In this document: piece after piece, positions 29,819 to 42,200 of the stretch
How positions within the stretch are numbered: position 1 is the stretch's first letter
Layout of the letters: each line of letters opens with the position of its first letter
From: Ostreococcus lucimarinus
Taxonomy: Eukaryota
Length of the DNA: 64,000 nt
Strand: one strand, 5' to 3'
Assembly: GCA_000092065.1 (NCBI GenBank)
Contig: CP000596.1
Position numbers and translations under genes: made by a program
Notes under the pieces: model-generated
The model's input: only the letters and a program-made list of their open reading frames with translations
Told to the model about the DNA's origin: nothing
Database searches by the model: none

Positions 29819-32215
29819 ATGACGACCGATGGCGTCCATGCCGTCGCTGTCGTCGCCGTCGACGCGCAGGCGAAGGGAGACGCGCGCGATGGTGACATTC
29901 AGCCCGCGGCGGCGCGCAGGCCCCCCGCGCTTCGCGTCCCGACGCCAAAGTACGACAACACGATGAGTCCTATGGGGCCGCTCTCGTCGCGTCGGTCGAC
30001 TTCGAGCGATTCCGCGGATGACACGACGATCGATTTCGACGATGACGACGAAGGGCCGATGAAGTCGTGTATTTTGCGTTTGCTAGATGGCGACAACGTC
30101 GCGAGAGAAGTCGTCGCTCGAACGCGCCGCCGCGACGTCGCGCTCCGACGACGGTTCAAAGGCGAAACGTTCGTCGTCGCGCGCGCACACACGAAATACG
30201 AGCGGGAAAAATGCTGCGCCGCACGAACGTATCAGATGCACGTGCTGCGATCGAGTGGGACGTGCGAGGAAACTTCTCGGTACGCCGCGGCACAGGCGTG
30301 TGAGGACGACGTCGCCGAGGTCAACTCCGATCCGGGCACGATGGAGTACTTCGTCGAGGTCGACGACCCGTTCGACACAAAAGTGTACGGCGTCATGCGT
30401 TTCGTACGGCGAGACGTGGACGCGTTGTTGAGAACTAGATTCGATGTTCCGACTCGCGAATCAATTTTGGGCGTCGACTTCGTCGTCGACCGGTTCTTCG
30501 CCACCACTGCGGCGAACGAAATCGCGGGCGAACCGGATGGGGCGACGTTTATTCGAACGCTCATGCTCGATGCCACTCGCAAGGAGGCTTGGCGAATGTC
30601 GCCGTGTCGCGCGGTGCCCATCTTGAGCGCAGTGCCGATCGACGTCGAAGGTGTCAAAGTCTTTGCGCATTCCGCGCGCGACGTCGCGGTGGTGGAGTGC
30701 GACGGCGTCGCGTGCGACGCCGACGTCATGGCTGAGCGTGAAGATTGGGTCACGCGCAAGTTTCTTACGTTATACGTCGTCCCGGCGTCGGCGCCCAACG
30801 AGGCTAAGAACGCGCTTTCGCCGGGCAAGAAGACTTGGCTCGCGTTTGCCGAGGCGCGCGGCGAGACCCTTCGCGACGATGCGACGAACGACGACGCACC
30901 GATGATTTTGACGCTTCACGCGTGTGCGCGGCAGAAAATCGAGTACAACGAGTCTATTCGACTATCATGTATGTATATCATCGCGGAAGCGTGCGGGGAA
31001 ACGCTCTCGGATGAGGAATCAGCAGGCGCCGTCGTGGACGCGCTCGGGTGCGCGCTTCGCGACGATTCCGGAAAGATTTCGCACACGTTGGAATTCGAAC
31101 GAAACGTCTCGCGAGATTTCGTCGATGCCGTCGAGTTTGTGCGCGGTGAGGACGCGTCGTCAACGAAACGCGCCGTGGTGTGCTTGCGCACCGCCTGCGA
31201 TGACGCAGATATTTTTATGGAATCGTTGGAGTCGTCCATGCGCGACGCGGAGACGGATGCCTGCGTGCTCGTCGCTCGATGCTCGACTTACGGCGATCAC
31301 TTGACGTTGTGCGACGGCGACGTGCTTCTTAGCGAAGCTTTAGCGCGCGCCGCATCGAGAGGTCTGTTCGTCGACGGCGGCGTATTCAAGGCGTTCGTGC
31401 GCGAGGACGCGTGTATCATCACCGCCCGTTTTGCGCGACGAGAATTCCGCGTTCGGCCGTCGACGCTCAAAGACGTCGACGCGTTGGTCGCCATCGAGGC
31501 CGAGGCGTGGGTTGAAACGCCAGAGATGCGGACGTCGCCGGAGACCGTGCGCGAGCGCGTTCAAAACAACGCGAGCATGAACTTTGTTGTGGAAGACATC
31601 AAGAGTGGAGACGTCCGAGGCGTCATGTACACGCAATACGTCGAAAGCGTCGACGCGCCGCTCGACGCCACGTGGGAGACGAAGGAGTCGAATCGCCGCG
31701 AGCCGAAATCGACGGATGTCGTTCAACTTCTGGACGTTTTTGTGGATCAGGCTTACGGCGCGAGGTGTGCGAGCGATTCGGGCGCGTCCGTCGGTCAAGA
31801 GCTTCGTAATTATGTGTTACACTACGCCGAGCAGACGGGATTGAGATACGCGTGCGCGGTGACGCGAACGCGAGGATTTCGCTCGACGCAAGCTTTGAAT
31901 CCGAATCTCACGTACGAAGCATACGTCCACGGCGACGCGCTCGATCGTGGCGTGTTCTTCCACACGTCTGCTGGCGCGGAAATCGTGCGCGTCGTTCGTC
32001 CGTGGCGCGCGCGCGATTATGAAAACGAGGGGGCTGGCGTTCTCATTCGGTACGACGTGCGCGAGTACGCGTTTGCCGACGCCGCGCGACGCGGTCGCAC
32101 CTCGCGCGTTCGCCGTCGTCCGAGCGACCCGACCGTGCGCGAAGGACGCGAATACGTCAACGCTCTTGAAAGCGTCGCGTGGGAAGCGCGCGCGCGCGCT
32201 TTTCCCGTGGAATAA
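29819..32215 (+). CDS. hypothetical 798-aa protein, possibly with a GNAT-like acetyltransferase fold at the C-terminus
   Basis: Long mixed-composition ORF; RPSTLKDVDALVAIEAEAW...NFVVEDIKSGDVRGVMYTQYV...LRNYVLHYAEQTGLRYACAVTRTRGF reminiscent of GNAT motifs; first ATG downstream of the Ham1 stop is at 29819. Confidence 0.4.
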   Translation: MTTDGVHAVAVVAVDAQAKGDARDGDIQPAAARRPPALRVPTPKYDNTMSPMGPLSSRRSTSSDSADDTTIDFDDDDEGPMKSCILRLLDGDNVAREVVARTRRRDVALRRRFKGETFVVARAHTKYEREKCCAARTYQMHVLRSSGTCEETSRYAAAQACEDDVAEVNSDPGTMEYFVEVDDPFDTKVYGVMRFVRRDVDALLRTRFDVPTRESILGVDFVVDRFFATTAANEIAGEPDGATFIRTLMLDATRKEAWRMSPCRAVPILSAVPIDVEGVKVFAHSARDVAVVECDGVACDADVMAEREDWVTRKFLTLYVVPASAPNEAKNALSPGKKTWLAFAEARGETLRDDATNDDAPMILTLHACARQKIEYNESIRLSCMYIIAEACGETLSDEESAGAVVDALGCALRDDSGKISHTLEFERNVSRDFVDAVEFVRGEDASSTKRAVVCLRTACDDADIFMESLESSMRDAETDACVLVARCSTYGDHLTLCDGDVLLSEALARAASRGLFVDGGVFKAFVREDACIITARFARREFRVRPSTLKDVDALVAIEAEAWVETPEMRTSPETVRERVQNNASMNFVVEDIKSGDVRGVMYTQYVESVDAPLDATWETKESNRREPKSTDVVQLLDVFVDQAYGARCASDSGASVGQELRNYVLHYAEQTGLRYACAVTRTRGFRSTQALNPNLTYEAYVHGDALDRGVFFHTSAGAEIVRVVRPWRARDYENEGAGVLIRYDVREYAFADAARRGRTSRVRRRPSDPTVREGREYVNALESVAWEARARAFPVE

Positions 32216-32270
32216 TTGGAACACTGTACAGTAACATTACACAATATGTACATTTACGTAACACATTACG

Positions 32271-33032
32271 CTAATCAGAGTCTGAATTATCGCTCGCGGT
32301 GAGTAAAAGATCCTTCGCGGCGTTGATCTCTTGCATCTTTTCTTTACCAGCCGGCCCGACCTTGTCCGTGTGATGCAGCTTCGCCTGTTTGTAAAAAGCT
32401 TTCGTGATCTCCCTTTTCGTCGCACCTTCTGTCACCCCCAACGTCTCGCGCGCCGACTGCATCGCGTCGTCGTTATCATCTGCGGCCGGCGTGGTTTTGA
32501 TGATTTGACGCTCGTTCTCCGCTTCCTTGTTCCGTTGCGCTCTTCGCTTTCGTCGACGACGGCGAAGGATATAATCCTCCGTCGCGGCGTCTTGGTTGTT
32601 GTCCATCCCTCCAAACTCTGCCAGCGACGATCCCACTTCGACCTCCGGGGTTTCCGGTCCTCCCGCGTCGGCGTTGAGTTTAACGTGTCGATTAATCTCG
32701 TCGCCGACCCAATTCGCCTCGCGAGAGTCTCTCGCGCGCCCCGGTCTCGCCGACGCGCCGTGTTGCATGCTCAATTGCTGCCCTCCCGCGATTTTTCGGT
32801 TGTAGTACACGCTCAGCGCGCGCCGACCGACGCCGCGGTCGATGACGCGGTCATCGTTCGCGCTCGCGACGGGCGCATCGCGCGCGCGCGGCGTCGCGAG
32901 CGCCAACGCGCCCCCCGTCGCCAACACCATGATCGTCAACACCCAACGCGCGCGCGCGAACGCGCGGTGACGCGGGCGATCTCGCGAGGCGTCGACCTCG
33001 CGCGCGGGCGCGGTGATCTCGATGTCGGACAT
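32271..33032 (-). CDS. membrane-associated J-like domain protein (HPD replaced by HTD)
   Basis: C-terminal GVTEGATKREITKAFYKQAKLHHTDKVGPAGKEKMQEINAAKDLL has J-domain helix II-III architecture but HTD in place of HPD; N-terminal hydrophobic helix WVLTIMVLATGGALALA. Confidence 0.5.
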   Translation of the reverse strand: MSDIEITAPAREVDASRDRPRHRAFARARWVLTIMVLATGGALALATPRARDAPVASANDDRVIDRGVGRRALSVYYNRKIAGGQQLSMQHGASARPGRARDSREANWVGDEINRHVKLNADAGGPETPEVEVGSSLAEFGGMDNNQDAATEDYILRRRRRKRRAQRNKEAENERQIIKTTPAADDNDDAMQSARETLGVTEGATKREITKAFYKQAKLHHTDKVGPAGKEKMQEINAAKDLLLTASDNSDSD

Positions 33033-33253
33033 CGTCGACGAACGCGCGCCGCGCCGACGGCGAGTGCGGGCTCTTACTTGATCGAGTCTCAGGTCGGTCG
33101 AGGAGGCCTAAACCCGCCGCAGTCGGCGAGACGCGAGCGCGCTCACTGTTAATGTTCAATAAAGATGTTGCATTAAAGATGTCGCACTGTAAGTTGTACT
33201 GTAGAGTTGAAATAGTTAAAATGACGGTGTTTTGGATTTTACGTCCAAGTCAA

Positions 33254-36200
33254 TCAGATGACGGAGCTGTAGCCGTCGACTTGGCGTGACGTCGTCGCGA
33301 CGAGCGACGTACGTTCGGACATTTCGGCGTCGGCTGGACGCGCGCGCGCGCGGAACGCGAACGCGAACAGCGCGACGCACAGCGTGAACGCGAAGGGAGT
33401 GTAAAAAATTGCGACCTTTTGACTGCCGTCGATGTCATCTTGAGGGCTCGATGATGCGAGAGATGATTTTTGTCGTGGAGAAGATCCCGACGACCCTAGT
33501 TGTGGCGTTTCGGCGGTGCTCGCGCCGACGCGCACAGGTGCGACGAATTCAAACTCAGCCGCTGGGTTGCCTGCGACGTCGGTCACTTCCGTAACAGTCA
33601 CTTTGTGATAGCCTTGTGAAAAGTATGGAAACTTCATCAACCAGTGACCACCAGCGCCATCGTTAACGCATTGAAGGACGTACTGTCTCAAGTCTTCGTT
33701 GGAAACGGCTTCGAAGGGACCCGTCGACGAGTTGCCTCGCTTGGCCGTGATCACTTGCTTCGTGCAATCAATGTCTTCCATGAAATCGACGCGTTGCGTT
33801 ACCTGTGAGCTCACATATTTGAAATCACCGACGAGCGGGTCCTTCGTATCTATCTTCACCATGAGATTTTGATCGCTCACAAATTCGTGCACTGACGGCT
33901 TTGCGAGGTGAGATCCGCCCACGCACATTGTTTTCAATCGGATATCATATTTCCCATCTTTATATCCACTCAGAAGTTTGTTGTAAGGGTCGTTTAGATC
34001 CCAGTCAAAGATGCAACCGTCTCCACCCCGCGACTCCGGGCAAAGTAAATTGAAATTCTTATTCGTGCCGGCACCGCGCTCGGCGTCTTTCGCTGTGATC
34101 CATTCGCCTCCTGATACCGAACGATATTGCACGTAGACGTAGGCGAGATTCCCATTCGTCACCAACGCTTCGGACGTGGATGCAGTTTCCTTGGGCCAGA
34201 GAGAATATCTATTCGGATTTACGACCGAGATGCTCAAAACGCTCGAATCAGACGCTGCGCTCTTCTCAAAGTAACTTGCTTCCTTGCTGAGCGTAGACGA
34301 GTGAAAAGCAACTTGAGGGCAATCTTTACTCCACGACATGGCACCGAGTGTAACACTGCTCGAGATGATCGGGCGATACATGTATTCTTCAATCATCGAC
34401 TCACACAAGCTCACCAAGGAAATCCCCAGGTACGAGCTTTCATACACTCCGTCGCTTGGCTCCACGCTCAGAAGCACGCGACTCTCGCGCACAACGCTTT
34501 GCGAATCCATACGCTCTCCAGCCAATCTTCGTAGAGGTAGGACTTCACCGAATGACCACATTTGAATACCATTGATCGAGAACTTCATTCCCTGTAGGAG
34601 TGTTCCTTGTGCTGTAGTGGTTTGCGTGAGACGAGCGATTGCGTTTGCCAACAATCTCCCTGCTCTGACGCTCATTGACTGTTCGTATGACGCTACGATG
34701 TCTTCAATCCGCGCCTTCAGGTCTTGAATGTCATCAGACTCTGACGCAAAGCATTCGTGGCTATCCGCCATGGCGTATGCTGCATTCTTTACGAACGTTG
34801 CGTTGTCCTCGTTCAACTGTGCCGCGTTATGAGCAGCCGCGATGATTTTTCCAACGCAGTCGGCGACTCCATCTACCAAACGAAGGCCCATGTTGGCCAC
34901 TTCCTTGTAGGGCGACTCATTGCTGATGAGAAGTTGGATCAAAGCGTGCTCTCCTGGGTTCAGATTCGTGTTATGCGTCGACTCCTTACCTATGGTAACG
35001 CCAGCTTCTCGGAACATCGTCCATTTTTCTCCCGGACATTGACTTCTGCCGCCCATCGTGATGAACACTGGAGATCCGAAACGTTTGTCGGAACTGACCT
35101 GGAGCACAAACTTATCCCCAAAATCTGGGTCACCTAATGAGTACATCGTGCTCATGTGTTCATACTTTGCCCAGGCAAAGGCACGACTTTTTGAAACTGA
35201 CTTGCTCATATCCGTGGTAGCACCTACATGCCCCTTGACGATGGCGATTGAACCCGCGAAGGAGTATCCGTTTTCAGCTGAGCCGTCCAGGCTGAGCGTC
35301 CATGCGTAATCTTGACCGTCGACGTTTTCGTTGGAAGAAAATATGTACTCTGTCGAAGCACCACCGCCGCTAAACGATAGTAAAATTGCTTCATCAGCGG
35401 GTCCATTCGAATCTGTGGTGGAGTAGCCGCGGGGACCCATACGCCCTGTAAACGACGCATCGACTCGTTTCGTATCGTTCATGTAAATGGATGCATCCTC
35501 TCCGAGCGTAAGATCGCTAAGATCGCTCGATTGAAGTAGTTGTGACGACACGTCTAGAGCCTGCGTTTTGCATTTTTCTGTGATGCAGGATGAAACCGTG
35601 TTGTTCAGATCTTCACGAGTGGGGCTATTCATCCCCATTGTCGTGACGAGCTCATCCGCTTCTTGAAATTGCTCGAGGAACTTCGGCTTCATCCTTTCAC
35701 TCTTTCGTGACCAGAAAACCTTGCCGACGTCTGGGGTGGCGTCGTTATCGTCGTCGTCACCGCGGAACCCAAGGTTTCCACTCAACAAGTCTGAAAATAA
35801 AGTCCCGGGATTGCTAACGTAGCCACTGATGAGCTGGGACAATCGAGATTCATCCGTCTCATCCGAGAGAATGAAGTCGTTAAGTGTGTCTATAGTACCA
35901 TCCGCGTCGCCCAAGTCCCCTGGAACGCCATGTATGTATGGACTAACTCTGTCGATTCTCTTCCAAGCAAGCTTCAACTCGTCTATTGGGGTAGAAATCG
36001 GACCGCTCGCGTCACTTATGAACGATGTTTCCATTTTCTCGGCTTCCATACCGAACGCGGATTGTTCATCCATAAAAGGAACCATGATGCGCTCCATTGC
36101 GCCGTAGTTTTTACCGTACAACACGGGAGCGCCTTCCGCAGTCGGCTCCATAGGAACCTTGTACACTGTTGGCGAAGCCCACAAAAGTGTGCGTTGCCAC

Positions 36201-39200
36201 ACGTTAATTTTGTCAGCGATGTACTGTGGCCAATTAGGCGCTTCCATTTTAGAATCATCCCCGACGATGAGGCCGCTTTCCACGACGGAAAGCAAATACC
36301 GCAAGTTTGGAATCACTTTCGCTTCAATCGAGTGTACCGTGAATATGTAGGACGTGGGTTTCCTCGGCATCCATGTGATCGCCGTCGATATCCGCAAGCA
36401 CGGTTTATCGTCTTCCCTTAGCGCAAGATCGAGCGTATCGGCTAGCCTGTAGACAAGTTCAACGCCGCCACCTAGAATCGCATCGCCCTGTCGTCCCGGG
36501 ATGGCGACGTCGGTACTTGTCCGTATGACACGATTTATCGTAGCCGTGAGATCCCAACCGACGGCGGAACTCTGAGCGACCGAAAATTCTGGTCCAGACT
36601 CCTCATGGTATGCGTCAAAATCTATCTTAAAGAGAGGCATTCCGAGCTGGAATAAAACCTCCATGCCATACCCAGCGCCGAACCCAGGTTTCGCCTCCAC
36701 TTCGAGTTCTACGCCGCCACCGCCTTCGTGTGAACTCGACACAGACGCCGCTTGTTCGTCTGAAAGCTCCACGGACATGGTCACTTCCGTGCCCATAAGA
36801 AGTTCGGCGTAAGAGTTGCCACCGGGCGGATCATGTACCGTCATGTACACCAAACCTTCGAGTGGAACAGTTGCCCAATACACGTCATCGCTTTCTTCGC
36901 CGTAGATCCCTTCGCCTCGCGGTTTCGAGCCAAGAGAGATGAGCTCTCGTTTCAACGGAACTGTCACTGTCATCGAACCATCAAATCTACCCACAGTCAG
37001 TTCGACAGATCTGCGGTAATTTCCTGAGAGCTTAGGATCTCCCGCGACAATGAGTCGATCCGTCGTCTTCTCGCCCTCATCCGTGGGGAATAAAAGTTTG
37101 TCGCTCTCCGGATCGATCTCAACGTCAAAGTCGCACAATGGTCCTCCATTGCGATCGGTATGACATGGATTTTCGGCTATATCGGTGACGCTTTGTCTGA
37201 ACATGGCCACCGTCATCCCGCCGCTCTCGGCGCTAGGCAGTGTCAAGCATTCATCGAGTGAACCATTCTCCACATGCAGTTCAAGTACTTTGGCGCTCAC
37301 AAGTTTCGGCCCCAAAGCGTAGAGCCCTTCTCCACCGAAATCATCAAAAAATGGCGATATCCCAACAAAGTGGTTGTGTCTAATGCCACCAGCTTTCACG
37401 CCATCAACGTCCCAGCAGTAATCGCCATCGTCGGTGATTACAGAAAGATCTACGAACTCTGCGCACAAATAACCGTGGTACTTGTATCTCGCCGAATACC
37501 AAGTGTGCTCAGTGCGTAATGGTACAAGCCTTTCGATCGTTGTTGGATGCTGGCGGAAGTATGGAATGATGCCGTCTACTCCGACATGACACAACGCGTT
37601 CGGATATTTCTCCTCGCGCATCGCCGTGAAATTCGCTGTGGATGGGGCCTCTTCGATCACTACCGAGTAATCCATCGCGGCGAGTGGCCACCGTCTTCCA
37701 TTCGGAACTTCTTGATATGTTGGTATAACGTCTGAGTTTTCCTTGTCGCGGTCAGGTAGAGTCCAGCCGGATACTTGAGCCGAAGTGAAGATGGCTGGTG
37801 GGTGACAGCCATTGATGGGGGTAATTTTGAAAGTCGCCCCTGTGTAAAGCTTTTCACACTCACCTTGATAGACACCCAAATCGACGTTTGCCGTCGTCGT
37901 GTCTGAGAAGAAAATGTACTTTTTCGATGATACGGCGTGGAGAGTAACTGTGGTCGGTTTACCGTCGCAGCTCCAAATTCTCGTAGCTTCCACGATGGTG
38001 GTTCCCGAATAGCAGATTTCGTGACCGGGATATTCCGCGGTTATCGTGTAGGTTTTCCCGTTTGTGACTGCGAATTCGAACCAGCCAGTCTCGTCTGTAG
38101 TGAATTGTCGCGGCGCACCAGCCTCGCTTTCATCTTTGACATAAATGCTTGCCTCAAAAAGTCCACACTCGGACAACTCGGTCCATTCTATTGGGAACAT
38201 GACGGCACCCAAAATGACCACTGTCGTATCGTCCTGCATTTTCTGCTCTACCTGATGATTATGGGTCAGCTCCAGGTTGATGACATCAATATCAGCCGTA
38301 TCCGAAAATACGGTATCACTTTCATATAGGTCACCATCGTCATCCGAAGTTCCAGCTTGCTTGACGACGTCATTGTTGTTGAATACATGCACGATTTCTG
38401 GCAGCTGCTGCGTGCTCCACAGCGCGACATCCAATCCAGGACGAGTGACGCGCGCGAACAGCGTCTGCGGATCATCTTGAACCACGTCGTGCAGTAGTGC
38501 GGCATCTAAGTCAACGAAAATCTTATTCGAGCCGGGAGATGTAGCAAGTAACGGTGTTGCATACACGGAGGTCTCATCGCCGACGACAATGGCATCGAAC
38601 TCGGCGTCTTCGAGAGGGCGACAGTGATCGATTTTTGACACAACATCACCCCCACTCTCTGCGCTGAGCTCATCATACCACTCGTTCCATCCCTCGGAAG
38701 AGTACGGAACGTGGGCTGATGTCGATCTTCGAACGATGAAATTTTCGCACGCTTTGCCAAACACTTGGCTACGCGCATCCTGGTGAGACTCGTCGGCGAT
38801 CGCAGCGCTAACACTCTGCACGGTGAACAAATCGAAGTCGTATGTAATTTTCCGCGGAGGGAATACGAGCACTGGCTCGACAAACAATGTCCGTTGAGCC
38901 AGACGATGCGCCACACTGAGGAATTCTTGTGCGTTCAGAAGTCCATCACCGTCCATATCCAACGACGAATTCCAAAGTTCTTCTGAAATTATCGCGTACC
39001 CATTGCTTGGAAAACTCGCACCTTTCTCGATGATGGCGGTCAACTCTGACTTATCGATGCCCCCGCTTCCATCTGTGTCTGTCTCGTCAAAATCGTGCAT
39101 CGGTGGTGGAGGCGATGGCGGTGGTGGCGATGGCGGCGGCGGCGATGGCGGCGGCGGCGATGGCGGCGGCGGCGACGGCGGCGGTGGCGACGGTGGCGGC

Positions 39201-42200
39201 GGCGGCGATGGCGGCGGCGGCGACGGCGGCGGCGGTGACGGTGGCGGCGACGGCGGCGGCGGCGATGGCGGCGGTGGTGATGCGATGCGCTCGACCCAGT
39301 GAACGTTTGTGAGAGAACCGGCCTTGACAGAGATATCCGCATGCAGCGGGTACTCGGGAGTCTGTTGACTGGTGTAAAAGCGAATTTCATTCTTGAAGTA
39401 CTCCACGGCTCCGGCGTCGTTGATGACGATTTGCAGCGAGTCGGACGAAGAGTAAGTCCCAGCCATCGTATACTCACGCTTGCCTTTCTCGTACACCTTG
39501 ATCTGTTTGGTATGCGTACAAAAAATCGCAAAATCAAGACTTTGATAATTCGTCGAATCCGTCGTCGACTGAGAGTTCAAACCGATCATCCTGTTGTTGT
39601 ATCCTCCGGCACAGACTGCGGAGATGCCACGCACAGAGTCAGAACCATTTCGAATAGCGCGCTGACTCACCGCACCGGCGTCCCAAGCGCCAGTCACTGC
39701 AGCCGTGCGCGTGACTTGGCCGCTTTCTGTGGATTCGACGCCGACTTGCGATACCCACGCGACATGATCGTCCGCCACCGCCTTTCCTGGCGGCGGCGGC
39801 GGCGGTGACGGTGGCGGCGGCGACGGCGGCGGCGGTGACGGTGGCGGCGGCGACGGCGGCGGCGGCGGCGACGGCGGTGGTGACGCGATGCGCTCGACCC
39901 AGTGAACGTTTGTGAGAGAACCGGCCTTGACAGAGATATCCGCATGCAGCGGGTACTCGGGAGTCTGTTGACTGGTGTAAAAGCGAATTTTATTCTTGAA
40001 GTACTCCACGGCTCCGGCGTCGTTGATGACGATTTGCAGCGAGTCGGACGAAGAGTAAGTCCCAGCCATCGTATACTTACGCTTGCCTTTCTCGTACACC
40101 TTGATCCGTTTGGTATACGTACAAAAAATCGCAAAATCAAGACTTTGATAATTCGTCGAATCCGTCGTCGACTGAGAGTTCAAACCGATCATCCTGTTGT
40201 TGTATCCTCCGGCACAGACTGCGGAGATGCCACGCACAGAGTCAGAACCATTTCGAATAGCGCGCTGACTCACCGCACCGGCGTCCCAAGCGCCAGTCAC
40301 TGCAGCCGTGCGCGTGACTTGGCCACTTTCTGTGGATTCGACGCCGACTTGCGATACCCACGCGACGCTACCAAGTATCTCGCCCGCCACCGCCTTTCCT
40401 GGCGGCGGCGGCGGCGGCGACGGCGACGGCGGCGGCGGTGACGGTGGCGGCGACGGCGGCGGCGGCGATGGCGGTGGTGGTGACGCCATGCGCTCGACCC
40501 ATTTAACATCGCTGAAGGAACCACGCATAATAAAAGCAACATCCGCGTGCAGCGGGTACTCGGGAGTCTGTTGACTGGTGTAAAAGCGAATTTCATTCTT
40601 GAAGTACTCCACGGCTCCGGCGTCGTTGATGACGACTTGCAGTGTATCGCTGTCCGTATACGCCACTGCAGCACCCTTAATTTTTTTACCACCTTCGTAC
40701 ACTTCAACTGCATCGGAGTGAAAATTGCATCTGATGCTGAAGTCCATTCGACTGGACACGGTCTCTGCCGCGGACTGCCGATTCAAGCCGATGAACTTGA
40801 GGCCGGACTCAGACCCACAACGAGCCGAGATTCCGCGCACTGAGTCCGTCAGGCCGTGGATCGACCGACGACTCACCGCACCGGCTGCGGAAAAATAATT
40901 CCACCAATTTGGAGATCGCCGCCAAACTTTTCGATTCGACGCTTTGGCTCTGCGAAGCGTCACCCAGACCACGTTGCCAACCGCCGCTTTTTCAGGCGGC
41001 GGCGGCGGCGGTGGCGACGGCGGCGGTGGCGACGGCGGCGGTGGTATGTACTGCGCAATGTTCCCCAGGAGGCGGCGCCCCCAGCGCTGCCTACCCAAGA
41101 GTGACGTCGTGGTTTCAGGAGATGACGAATCATCTTCCTTTAAGACCAATAAGACTTTACTGGGTACGTTCAGCGGGTCTGTCACGTCCGACGTTTGCAA
41201 GATGGGCTGCGTCGTCTTTTCAAAAACTTCCACTTTGTACGCCCCGATGTCAACGTGAGTTTTGATTGGCGTCATACCCGTGGAGTCTGTGATATGAACA
41301 ACAAACGATCCTTCCGAATCAGTGACCGCGCTGAAAGGGCATCGCGTCTCACCACCCAATACTCTTATTTCAGTCAAATTGACGTCTCGAACCGCCACGA
41401 CTGATACAAACTGCCCGTGCATCGCCTGCACAGTGTCGCCCCCGCCCCCCCCGCATGTAAACGTCAAACAGTCTGCGAATTCATCACTGACATCAGACGG
41501 ATCGTGGTTACATGCATATCCATAATTAGTCGTGTCTTCGGGATCGATTTCATGCACGTGCACTTTCATCGGTAAACTAAGCGTCGGACTCGCCTGTTGC
41601 CGAAATTCAAATCCCGTTACTTCAACTTTGCTCGATTCCGCACCAAACGAAATCTCGGGGAAAGTTATGTATTGATCTTGAGATGATATGAGGGTGGCGT
41701 TGAAACGTCTCCACGATTCCTCATGTATGGTGAATGATTCCGTACTGGCGTCAGTGGCGGATGTTCCGCGCAAGTCGATTGACACCGCGCGTTCACCACC
41801 CAAAGACTTCGCCCAAAACGACACCACGACAGAATCTCCAGTCAGGGCGCGCAAAGACTCGCCAGGAACGTGCACCGTGACTGAAACGCCTGCGTCCACC
41901 GATTTTACAACGTCCTCGAAACCAGGTGGAGGCGCAGTTGGGCTCGCGGTTAAAGGACTGATGGCGCTTGTCTGAACAAGCTCGAGGCGTTCGGTGAGAG
42001 TATTAAGAGTGAAATGAGCTCCGGTGAAGTAGAACGTACTTTCCGACCAAGCTGATACAGTAAATCCGACGAAAGCGGCGTCCTCTAACGTGTGCTTAAG
42101 CCTTATTTTCCTCCATTTATTCGGTTCAGCTGTAATGACGAGCGCGTCACCAACGGTCTGACGGCCTGCTGCTGTAGTTTGTTGTTCATACCCTAAAATC

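Noticed and set aside
33160-33253. AT-rich 90-bp patch downstream of the giant gene as a possible small RNA or insertion remnant
   Set aside because: Best explained as the 3' UTR of the giant gene plus the promoter of the J-like gene. Too short and featureless to call anything else.
39003-39302. Gly/Asp-rich plus-strand ORFs (39003..39302, 40308..40574, 40944..41258, 45072..45563) looking like glycine-rich proteins
   Set aside because: They are the antisense reading of the Pro-rich S(P)4 linker codons (CCG/CCA, so GGC/GGT) of the giant minus-strand gene.
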